Part shown: positions 17,636 to 25,380 of the stretch, in pieces | Numbering within the stretch: position 1 is the first letter of the stretch | Layout: each line of letters starts with the position of its first letter | IMG/VR virus record: IMGVR_UViG_3300005614_001084 | Coordinates: 108,311-172,310 of that record | From: a virus | Taxonomy: Duplodnaviria > Caudoviricetes | DNA length: 64,000 nucleotides | Reading direction: 5' to 3' (one strand) | Position numbers and translations under genes: made by a program | The notes under the pieces: model-generated | Databases searched by the model: none | What the model saw: the letters and a program-made list of their open reading frames with translations, nothing else | What the model was told of the DNA's origin: nothing

Positions 17636-18533
17636 CGATGTTCTCCAGTAGCTTGGTGATCTTGACCGCGATTCCACGCTCGGCTTCAGCATACCGCGGC
17701 AGCATGATGAGCCCGAACCCAGCGATCACATGCTCGTCCCGAAGCGCCATCATGAGCCCGTCCCTGATATAGCGCGCGTTGACGCCCGCCAGCGCCGCCG
17801 CGTTCTCCTCGATCCAGTCCTCGTCCGCTCCGATGTGACCGTCAGAGCTGGCCTCCTTCAGAACCTGGAGGATGGCAGAGACGAGGCGCGAAGGAGCGGT
17901 GCGCGACGCGTTCGCCTTCGAAGCGAGGTAATCGTTCCGGGCGAAGCTGATTCCGCCGATCTCCATGTAGAGTGCGAACGGGTCCCGCTTCAGCTTCTCC
18001 GCCGACAACTCTGCCTTGGCCGCAGAATGCGCCTCTCGATGCGTCAGACCGATCTCGTAGTACGGGACGTACAGCTCCCGGTCCTTCTTGTGCTCGGTCC
18101 ACGCTCGGATGATGGCGTCGACACGGTCGGGCGTAATGCCATCGATCTCCAGCAGATCGTGCGGCGTCTTCTCGATGACTTCCCAGAGCCGATCACCCCA
18201 ACGTTGCGCGATGATGTCGGCACGCTTGGGACCTATCTGAGGGATACGGTCGATGATCCACTGCCGAACACCCTTCATATCAGAGGGATCGTCCATGACG
18301 ATCGTCTCGACCTTGAGCTGGCGCCCGTGTTTCTCCGACTGGACGTACTGGCCCACGATGCTGACGTGCATCCCCATGCGGAAGCCTTCGAGCTGGCCCA
18401 CGATCTTCAGGCGCTTGCCATCCGAAGGACGCAACTCGCCGAACCCCCAGCCATCGTTCCAGAACTTCGCAGAGATGGATACGATCTCGCCCTTGAGCGT
18501 GACCTGCTCGTCTTTCTTCTCCTCGTCCATCAC
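17442..18533 (-). CDS. recD2: RecD2-like helicase, N-terminal OB/HhH half
   Basis: HGRQLKVE, IPQIGPKRA, LLEIDGI, DPFAL..IGGISF, GH, AERGIA typical of RecD2 N-terminus. Confidence 0.85.
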   Translation of the reverse strand: MMDEEKKDEQVTLKGEIVSISAKFWNDGWGFGELRPSDGKRLKIVGQLEGFRMGMHVSIVGQYVQSEKHGRQLKVETIVMDDPSDMKGVRQWIIDRIPQIGPKRADIIAQRWGDRLWEVIEKTPHDLLEIDGITPDRVDAIIRAWTEHKKDRELYVPYYEIGLTHREAHSAAKAELSAEKLKRDPFALYMEIGGISFARNDYLASKANASRTAPSRLVSAILQVLKEASSDGHIGADEDWIEENAAALAGVNARYIRDGLMMALRDEHVIAGFGLIMLPRYAEAERGIAVKITKLLENIDVEPHPGSRSGAGSADDADQAGRSSDRRTGHREVDDPWELPGSSAESLEGGPVRTNGEGGEADR

Positions 18534-18850
18534 TCCTCCAGCAGCCTCCGTAGTGCCGGAGGTAGCTCGAATACCACCGCCCCCTCGGGCGGGTCGAGCA
18601 CGAAGGGCAGATACGACTCTGCCCGAAAGATCAACCAGAGCAGCCCGTTGCGTCGGTCGTCATACGCCAGGATGTCCTGGTAGTCGACCTCGATCGCTCC
18701 GCCGTCCGGGAACACGAACCAGATCTGTGTGGTGTCTCCGATGATGTAGTACCCGAGCCAGCCCCGGCCCCAGTTGTGACTGAAGACAGGGCTGGCTTCG
18801 AGGTGCGAATAGCGCTTAGGCAGATCGCTTGCGACGCGTCCTCTCAGCAT
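18530..18850 (-). CDS. Hypothetical protein
   Basis: AAGGAG SD, CTATCAG motif at 18864. Confidence 0.7.
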   Translation of the reverse strand: MLRGRVASDLPKRYSHLEASPVFSHNWGRGWLGYYIIGDTTQIWFVFPDGGAIEVDYQDILAYDDRRNGLLWLIFRAESYLPFVLDPPEGAVVFELPPALRRLLEE

Positions 18851-19199
18851 GTTTCTCCTTCTGCTGATAGAGGATCTCGCCCTGTTTCACGTAGTACTCC
18901 GAGGCGCCCGGGCACTGCCGGTGGTGCTCGACGTCGCGCTCCTCCGTCCCTGCGCCGTACACGCTGGCGTGGCAGGCGAAGTCGCCTCCCATCATGTCGC
19001 GCTCCCGCTTCACCTCGTCGCGCGCCCACTGGATCTCTTCGTCCGTGACGGGACGTGGGTCGTGGTTCTTCTGTCGCAGCTTGGTGAGGATGGTGCCGAA
19101 CTGCTTGTTGTTGTCGGTGCCGAAGGGGCAGCCCGCGCACGCTCCGCCTTCTCTCGGCGGCAGGCGCGGTCTCCAGAGCTTACGGTGATTGTTCATCAC
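18816..19199 (-). CDS. Cys/His metal-binding hypothetical protein
   Basis: CAGCPF...FACH...QCPGA. Confidence 0.65.
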   Translation of the reverse strand: MMNNHRKLWRPRLPPREGGACAGCPFGTDNNKQFGTILTKLRQKNHDPRPVTDEEIQWARDEVKRERDMMGGDFACHASVYGAGTEERDVEHHRQCPGASEYYVKQGEILYQQKEKHAERTRRKRSA

Positions 19200-19788
19200 C
19201 CACCCTGATCCTGGCCAGAACCTCCTCGATGGTGAAGCAGATCAGCCCGGGGTCGCCGCCCACGAGGTACATCAGCTCGGGCTCGAACTCCCATTGCGGC
19301 GTGAGGAAGCCCGTACCCTTGCACGTAGTGCACACCAAGTGATTGTACTGCCCCTGCTTACCCTCGCCCCCGCAGTCCCAGCAGTATTGGTTCACCGGCG
19401 GCATGTAGACGACGAGCTTGCGTCCAGATCCTGCCATCCAGCCGGCTTCGATGTGCGCGCTACGTCCGCACGGCAGCACGAGCACGCAGGTGTCCGCCCA
19501 CTTCATCGCCCCAAAGTCTGCGGCGAAGCTACGCTGCGAGATCTCGTGCTTCAGCATGTCTCGATACATCACCAATGCGTTGGGATGCATGATCTTGAAC
19601 TCCGGGTTCGCGTCGAGCCAGCGGAAGCCCGTCGGGCTCACGCCGTCGGGCGGAATCGGACCACCAGACAACGGATTCCTGAAGTCGTAGCAATCGTGAT
19701 GCTCGCGCAGTTGTGGCAAGATCGCTTCATAGAACGTGTTGCGCCAGCTCGATGCGACATAAAGTCGGTGCCTGTCAAAGATCTTCAT
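19180..19788 (-). CDS. Nucleoside 2-deoxyribosyltransferase-like protein with inserted CxxCxGxG zinc finger
   Basis: YVASSWRN, DFRNP, D..AMKWADTCVLVLPCGRSAHIEAGW, EPELMY. Confidence 0.75.
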   Translation of the reverse strand: MKIFDRHRLYVASSWRNTFYEAILPQLREHHDCYDFRNPLSGGPIPPDGVSPTGFRWLDANPEFKIMHPNALVMYRDMLKHEISQRSFAADFGAMKWADTCVLVLPCGRSAHIEAGWMAGSGRKLVVYMPPVNQYCWDCGGEGKQGQYNHLVCTTCKGTGFLTPQWEFEPELMYLVGGDPGLICFTIEEVLARIRVGDEQSP

Positions 19789-20201
19789 TCGACGTCTACC
19801 TCCACCGGATGTACCAAACAGTTGATCAGGCTTGAACGCAGGTAGCCCTGCATCTGTGGTTGCGTGCCCTCCGGCACGCCTATCTCTATGCCCCACGGCA
19901 TCTGCTGGCACATCGGGCGAGACGTGCCCCAGATCACGATGAGGTCGGGGTCGTCCTCCTCGTGCGCGAACACGAAGTGGTAGCGATGGTTCACGGCGTT
20001 GAGCCGGTCGAGCACCTGCTGGACGAGGTGCTCGCTGACGTCGAAGTACGGGTCATCGGGGCTCGCCTGGACCGACACCGTGACGTCGCGTCGCGGGAAC
20101 GGGCGCTGCCTGAAGAAGTCGTACGCCCCGTAGAGCCCGAACGCACAGAGCAGGAGCGCGGCGTACGACAAGATCACGACGAGCCGGTCACTCGGACTCA
20201 C
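19785..20201 (-). CDS. Membrane-anchored hypothetical protein
   Basis: N-terminal TM segment. Confidence 0.6.
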   Translation of the reverse strand: MSPSDRLVVILSYAALLLCAFGLYGAYDFFRQRPFPRRDVTVSVQASPDDPYFDVSEHLVQQVLDRLNAVNHRYHFVFAHEEDDPDLIVIWGTSRPMCQQMPWGIEIGVPEGTQPQMQGYLRSSLINCLVHPVEVDVE

Positions 20202-20425
20202 ATCAGCCCCCGATCTTTCGCCAGCCACTCCGGAATGAAGAGCTTGCCCTTGCGGTTCTCGTCGTAATCGAAGCACTCCGACTCCTCTCCGATCATCTTG
20301 CGGGGGATCCAGACAGTCTTGCGTCGGCTCCCATCCTTGGTCAGCGGCACCACGATCTCCAGTGAAGTACCGCGCTCTCCCACGACTTCGCAGTTCGCGA
20401 AGTCGATCATCTTCTTGTCACCCAT
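20198..20425 (-). CDS. Hypothetical protein
   Basis: VWIPRKMI...IPEWLAKDRGL small beta-rich protein. Confidence 0.7.
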   Translation of the reverse strand: MGDKKMIDFANCEVVGERGTSLEIVVPLTKDGSRRKTVWIPRKMIGEESECFDYDENRKGKLFIPEWLAKDRGLM

Positions 20426-20598
20426 CAGGTGCCGTCCCAGTCCAGGATACCCAGACGCCTATCTTCGGCCCACTGATCTGCGGCGCTTCGCTCCCAGTAC
20501 CCGGGGGACCTGCCCTTGGCCTTTTCTGCGTCCGTCAGCGGGCGGTCGGTCTTCTCTGCTTCGGGCTTCTTCTTTTCTTCGATCTCTTTCTCGTGCAC
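20425..20598 (-). CDS. 57-aa hypothetical protein
   Basis: AAGGAGGAG SD, GTG start, ends QWAEDRRLGILDWDGT; stop overlaps next ATG; not in ORF track. Confidence 0.65.
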   Translation of the reverse strand: MHEKEIEEKKKPEAEKTDRPLTDAEKAKGRSPGYWERSAADQWAEDRRLGILDWDGT

Positions 20599-20878
20599 GC
20601 TGCATCTCCTCCTTCGACGTTTCCCACAAGATCTTGCGGCCGCACCACGGGCACTTGTTCAAGAAGACGCCCCGATCAGCGGGGGCCTTCTTGTACACGA
20701 TGCCGATGACACGGATGTTGTGGTTGCGGGTCTCGATCGCATAGACCGAGAAGCCCTTGCGGTGCGGGTTCGCTTCCTCTTCGAGGGCTACCGCCATCGC
20801 CTGGCACCACGTGGTGCGGGAGCAGGTGGTCGCGACATCGGGTCGCTCCACCTCGCGCCACTCCTCTGCAAGGCGCAT
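20459..20878 (-). CDS. Hypothetical protein with CPWCG motif
   Basis: AGGAGG SD; C-terminal tail overlaps next gene. Confidence 0.65.
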   Translation of the reverse strand: MRLAEEWREVERPDVATTCSRTTWCQAMAVALEEEANPHRKGFSVYAIETRNHNIRVIGIVYKKAPADRGVFLNKCPWCGRKILWETSKEEMQRARERDRRKEEARSREDRPPADGRRKGQGQVPRVLGAKRRRSVGRR

Positions 20879-20885
20879 AGGCCTC

Positions 20886-21290
20886 CTATCTGTTCGGTAT
20901 GATCTCCTTGCTCAGTCTCAGCCTCGGCTTGTCGGCGTACAGCTTCGCCATCTCCTCGTGCTGCGTTCGGATGTCGAAGGTGGTTCGATACGTCGTGCTC
21001 ATCTCCTCGCTCTGCTTCGCGCAGTCGCGCGCCCAGCGCAGCCAGCACTCGTTCGTGATGTTGCGGCCGGCTCTCCAGTCGTCATACGACCCGTAGTACA
21101 ACGATCGCCAGGCATCATCGGGCAAGACGATGACGAGGTCGAAGTCTCTGGGCTCGTTCGGTAGGTCGCGAAGAGCCCCACCCACGAGATACACCGGGTA
21201 CCCGTAGTACCGGCGTGACAGATCGTGGGTGAGGCACTGCACGAACCTGATGCGGTTCCCGAAGTCAGGAACGATGTCGAGGCTGATCAA
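20886..21290 (-). CDS. Minimal nucleotidyltransferase (Pol-beta superfamily)
   Basis: VYLVGGALRD...RDFDLVIVL...FDIR; TTG start overlaps upstream stop. Confidence 0.7.
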   Translation of the reverse strand: MISLDIVPDFGNRIRFVQCLTHDLSRRYYGYPVYLVGGALRDLPNEPRDFDLVIVLPDDAWRSLYYGSYDDWRAGRNITNECWLRWARDCAKQSEEMSTTYRTTFDIRTQHEEMAKLYADKPRLRLSKEIIPNR

Positions 21291-22177
21291 AGGTTTCGCG
21301 GCATGAGGGCGTGGACGAGGTCGAGCGACCAGAGCCCGCTCTTCTCCACCGCGACTCGGGTGGAGTCGTAGCGGCTGCCCTGGTCCTGCGGGTCGTCGTG
21401 CCAGCGCGCGAAGTCGCTCTTGCCGAACCGGCTGATCAGGTCCTTGGCGAAGTCGTGTGGAGCGGTGGCACCACTGCCGTAGTGCGCCAGGGCCTGCATG
21501 AGGATGTCGGCCGCAGGCGTCGGCGCGTTCACGCTGAAGCAATGGTAGACCGACATCGCCATGTCGATCTCGGGCTGAAGCTGCGAACGTAGCACGAGCT
21601 TGAGATCACCGCTTATCCCGAACTTCGCGTACGCCTGCTGCTCGGTCGCCGCCTTGCCCTTCGCCAACCACAGGATGGCGAACGCGATCTGGGTATCGAA
21701 CGTCGAGGGATCGGAGAAGAGGAGGCTGAAGCCCTCCGCCCATTCCTTGCCGCGGGTGTAACCGGGCAGCCCATTGCCGTCGGGCGATCCGACGAACTCC
21801 TGTCGGATCTCGGCGCCGGTGACCTGCTTGCCGCCCTTCATCAGCACGCCGCCCGCGGTGAGCGCCCAACCCGCCGCCGCCATCTTGACCCCCACGATGC
21901 CCAGGGACCCGACGGCGTCGCGCATGTGGGCGATGAGCAGCCAGAGGTCGCCCTGCGTCATCGTGGAGGGCAGCACGGCCACGTTGTGGAGCAGGCCCGC
22001 GCTCATCCCGGCGCCGTCGTAGCTCTGCACCGTGCCGAACTTCCCGCCGGTCTCCACCTGCGAGACCAGATACGCCACGGCTTCCATGTGCGAGGCGCCC
22101 GAAGGACGAGGCACCACCGCGTTGCCGCGCACCATCCAGCCGGCGTGGTTCTTGAACGTGATGAACGATGCACTCAT
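21287..22177 (-). CDS. Putative lysozyme-like peptidoglycan hydrolase
   Basis: VETGGKFGTVQSYDGAGMSAGLLH resembles E-G..YD..S.G..Q muramidase pattern; GGAGG SD. Confidence 0.5.
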   Translation of the reverse strand: MSASFITFKNHAGWMVRGNAVVPRPSGASHMEAVAYLVSQVETGGKFGTVQSYDGAGMSAGLLHNVAVLPSTMTQGDLWLLIAHMRDAVGSLGIVGVKMAAAGWALTAGGVLMKGGKQVTGAEIRQEFVGSPDGNGLPGYTRGKEWAEGFSLLFSDPSTFDTQIAFAILWLAKGKAATEQQAYAKFGISGDLKLVLRSQLQPEIDMAMSVYHCFSVNAPTPAADILMQALAHYGSGATAPHDFAKDLISRFGKSDFARWHDDPQDQGSRYDSTRVAVEKSGLWSLDLVHALMPRNL

Positions 22178-22208
22178 TGGATCCTCCGTTAGCTGATAGG
22201 AGCAAAAT

Positions 22209-22247
22209 CGAAGGGCCCGGATCGGCGCGATGCCGGCGGGCCCTTCG
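22209..22247 (-). terminator. Intrinsic terminator closing ncRNA locus
   Basis: CGAAGGGCCCG...CGGGCCCTTCG then ATTTT. Confidence 0.75.
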
Positions 22248-22405
22248 GCAGGTTGTATGCGGGTCGTTACTCCCGCGGCGTCATGATCAGCCTCCAACTA
22301 TTCGTTGAACACGGGACGCATGATGCGCGTGACGAAGTCACTCTACTACCGCAACCAGGAACCGTCACCCTTAGATCACATGGTTACTAGCGCATGTTGC
22401 ACCTC

Positions 22406-22582
22406 AGACGCTGGGAGGACTTGAACCTCCAAGGGCACCGGGACTCGAACACCAGGGGGTTTGCTTTTGGTATTACAACTTTGAGATCAGTGGCCGCGGG
22501 CAAGTAGAGGTGCGGCATGAACTCTTCAGACCCTGATGATCTTCGCCTTCGATGTTGTTCCCTCATCACCTGATTCAGCGCC
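22406..22582 (-). ncRNA. tRNA-like structured RNA (177 nt, no canonical anticodon arm)
   Basis: Acceptor stem GGCGCTG/CAGCGTC; T-arm GGAGG-TTCAAGT-CCTCC; second GTTCGAGTC T-loop. Confidence 0.65.
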
Positions 22583-22584
22583 GA

Positions 22585-22971
22585 TGGACCTGCCGGGAAT
22601 CGAACCCGGGTCCGCGATTGCTTCTTCTGTGCGTCTACGTGCGTAGCAGCGCTCTTACGCCTTGATAACGGAGTGCGTGAGCTGCGTTGCCTGCTCTCTC
22701 CGAGGGATGCACGGTTGCCCGCGAATCCTCCACCATCGATCAGATCTACTGCCGCGGCCTCTCACACTGATCGCACTGTGAGAGGTTGTGCCGACTTGAA
22801 TGACGTCGGGATAGGCGAATCGGACCACCTACCCCAACGGCTCAGGCCGCTCGGGCCTGGGCGTAGCTCGAATCGTTCGCAGCTACAGATGATCGGCTTT
22901 TAGAGGAGCCCACCGATCAACTCCTGCACGCAACACAGTCGTCGTCAACCACGTCGAAACCTGTCAGGCCC
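22585..22971 (-). ncRNA. ssrA: tmRNA (387 nt), tag peptide ANDSSYAQARAA
   Basis: 5' GGGCCTGACAGGTTTCGAC; 3' GGACCCGGGTTCGATTCCCGGCAGGTCCA; G3-U acceptor wobble; tag frame 22880-22842. Confidence 0.93.
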
Positions 22972-23313
22972 AGAACAGAAACACGGATCCACAGGGGAAC
23001 CCTTCCTGGCTCCCCCGTGGATTGCGGGGACCGAACCCCGCCCGAGTATGGCGGGCTGTGGACCCGGTGTACCACCTCGCGTGGTATCGATGCGCCAGCG
23101 CCATAACTTGGGGCGCGCTGGACCGTTCCCCGCACTCAGCGATCGGCCCAACTTCGGGGCCTGATGAGTCGCACACCGACAAGGTCTGACGATGTGCGAT
23201 CTCGCGCTCTTCGAACCGCTCCCAACTCGGAGCGACGAGCGCGACGAGAAGGACAGCAGCCATGATGATGAAGAGCATTCCACTCGCTTATAGCAGAGAT
23301 TTCGGTCTCTGTT

Positions 23314-23496
23314 CTAGTAGGTGATCCAGCCCTGGGTGCCCCGCTTCCGAGGCAGTTCATCGTAACGGCCCGCGCGCATGAGGTGGGAGCAGCGGTGACG
23401 CCACTCCCGCATCGTGATGCGCTTCGCCGTCGTGCACTCCTTGTCGTATCGAGCCATGTGGTGGACGCGCCGTCCACAGTGCTTGCTTCGAGACAT
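23314..23496 (-). CDS. Small basic hypothetical protein
   Basis: GGAGG SD. Confidence 0.65.
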   Translation of the reverse strand: MSRSKHCGRRVHHMARYDKECTTAKRITMREWRHRCSHLMRAGRYDELPRKRGTQGWITY

Positions 23497-23582
23497 CGAT
23501 CGATCCTCCGACTGGCACCACGCCAGTACTTAGAAGACCGCGTACTTCCTCGACATATATCACCTCTACAGCTTCTAACCGA

Positions 23583-24875
23583 TCAGGCCTTCTCCTCGAT
23601 GGTCTGCTTGCCCCGGCGCGTGTCCCAGGTATCCGGGGACATGTCGGCGTGGCAAGCGATGCCGGGGTTCCTCTGCATGAAGATCGTTGCCTCTTGCTGC
23701 GCGATCCGGCGCAGCGTCGGATGCACGCTCGGACTCGTGCGCAGCTCGATCCGATAGAGGAACGCAGGCAGCGGCTGCGTGACGTGGCACGAGACGAGGA
23801 AGCCCATCGCGCAGTAGTACTGCCGCTGCTCCGGCGACGCATCGAGCGACTGAATGCGCCGGATCTGCGTCGCGATGAGAGCCACCGCTGCATCCCGCAT
23901 CTCTTCCGGTAGCTGTTCGAGGTACCACGGATGGAAGCCGCGAGACGGGGAGAGCAGAGGCATGCGCATCACACCGTTGCGATGCCGCTGAAGATCACGG
24001 AAGCTGCCGAAGTCCAGCTCGAACCGAGATTCGATCGAACCGTACTGGCCCAACCAGTGCGGCAGAGGCGCCCGTTTCGGGCGATCCTTCAGCATCTCCA
24101 GCACACCGTTGGGCGTGTAACCGAATCCCGAGAAAGTGAGCTGCACGTTCTTCGGCGCCGGCTCTACGTCGTACGTGTAGTACTCCGAGACCTGGTTCAT
24201 CCACGCCGACACCTCGTCGCTGACCTTGCGGCCGAAGCTCGACGGATAGGTCTGGGCGAGCTTGTCGTAGATGGCATCGGCGAGGTCCGCGATCTCCAGG
24301 TCCGGATGGCGTCGCATCCAGGCGAGGTGGTCGGCGGCCTGCCGCAGATCGGTGTGCCAAGAGAGGTTGGTGGTGACGCCTGCGGGCAAGAAGGCACGCA
24401 GGATGTCGAAGCTTCGTGCCTTGATCGCCCGTCCGTACACCTTCTCGTCTTCGCCCTCACTGATCGGGTAGAGCGAGCGCAGGTGTTCGACCACGCGCGG
24501 CTCGGCTCTCCGATAGAAGTCCATCCACGTCGCCTGGATCAGCTCTCCCTCTTTCGACTCGATCGGGTTCGCTGGCATGGATTCCGAGAAATCCATGTAC
24601 CGGGTACTGGCCTCCTGGCCCCGATACAACGGCCAGTCCTGGATCGCCTTGGCCGCCAGCATCGAGACGCCCTCGACGAAGATCGTGGTGGTGCCGCAGT
24701 CCCCGATGCTGTCGTGGCCGTAACCGACGTAGTACTGCCCCATGAACTTGTCGGCGCCGACCTGCTCCACCTTCTTCAAATGCTCGATGACGCTTGCCGG
24801 GCTGCGCGAGTACAGCGCCTGCACCATCGCCTCGCTCTCCGGATGAAGGTCATCCTTGATCAGAATCAGCGTCAT
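23583..24875 (-). CDS. thyX: FAD-dependent thymidylate synthase (long, two-domain type)
   Basis: ALYSRS, YYVGYGHDSIGD, EASTRY, FDILRAFLPAG, DFGSFRDLQRHR, ELRT..VHP. Confidence 0.9.
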   Translation of the reverse strand: MTLILIKDDLHPESEAMVQALYSRSPASVIEHLKKVEQVGADKFMGQYYVGYGHDSIGDCGTTTIFVEGVSMLAAKAIQDWPLYRGQEASTRYMDFSESMPANPIESKEGELIQATWMDFYRRAEPRVVEHLRSLYPISEGEDEKVYGRAIKARSFDILRAFLPAGVTTNLSWHTDLRQAADHLAWMRRHPDLEIADLADAIYDKLAQTYPSSFGRKVSDEVSAWMNQVSEYYTYDVEPAPKNVQLTFSGFGYTPNGVLEMLKDRPKRAPLPHWLGQYGSIESRFELDFGSFRDLQRHRNGVMRMPLLSPSRGFHPWYLEQLPEEMRDAAVALIATQIRRIQSLDASPEQRQYYCAMGFLVSCHVTQPLPAFLYRIELRTSPSVHPTLRRIAQQEATIFMQRNPGIACHADMSPDTWDTRRGKQTIEEKA

Positions 24876-25380
24876 CGACGATCACCTCCGATTGGTTGTT
24901 GTGGTCGAGCAGGTTGGAAGAGTGCTCCCCGAGCGGGCTGATGAGTTCGAGCACCCCCATGCCGAACCTCTCCGCCACGCCATCCAGCAACGCCGCGATC
25001 TCTTTCGAGCTGTCCGACTTCTTGAGCAACTCCGAGTAGAGCGCATAGACCTGCGCCGCGTTTCGAATGTTGTCGAGCTTGTCGAACTCCGTGCGCACCA
25101 CGCTCGCGGTGAGCCCGTCGCTCAGAGAGGTTCGAGCGATCACTCGATAGGCGACCGCCACCTCCTGAAGCGCGTTGGTCTGCGACATCAGACGGGCGGC
25201 ACGCAGCACCGCCTTGTCCCTTTGCTTCGTGGTGGTGTCGAGCTTGCGCTGGACCGCCGCCTTCTCTGTGGTGAGACGCTTGATCTCGTTGTCCTGCTGC
25301 TGGATCTTGTGCAGGAAACCATTGCTGATCGCCCGCGCCGACTCCAGCTCCGCCCTCAGGTTCGATACTTCGTCGCTCAT
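24850..25380 (-). CDS. Coiled-coil hypothetical protein
   Basis: Heptad-rich ORF, coupled. Confidence 0.7.
   Translation of the reverse strand: MSDEVSNLRAELESARAISNGFLHKIQQQDNEIKRLTTEKAAVQRKLDTTTKQRDKAVLRAARLMSQTNALQEVAVAYRVIARTSLSDGLTASVVRTEFDKLDNIRNAAQVYALYSELLKKSDSSKEIAALLDGVAERFGMGVLELISPLGEHSSNLLDHNNQSEVIVDDADSDQG

Noticed and set aside
22387-22569. 60-aa ORF over the tRNA-like RNA
   Set aside because: No recognisable features and it crosses the T-arm and acceptor stem.
22406-22582. Canonical or intron-containing tRNA
   Set aside because: No D-arm or anticodon arm can be assigned, and the insert is too short for a self-splicing intron.
22971-23015. RNase P or SRP RNA resemblance (ACAGAA.., CAGGAAGG)
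   Set aside because: Conserved elements are incomplete and on opposite strands.
23155-23190. Hammerhead-like CTGATGA-GTCG..CGAC on the + strand
   Set aside because: Followed by AAGG rather than the required GAAA, and antisense to the locus.
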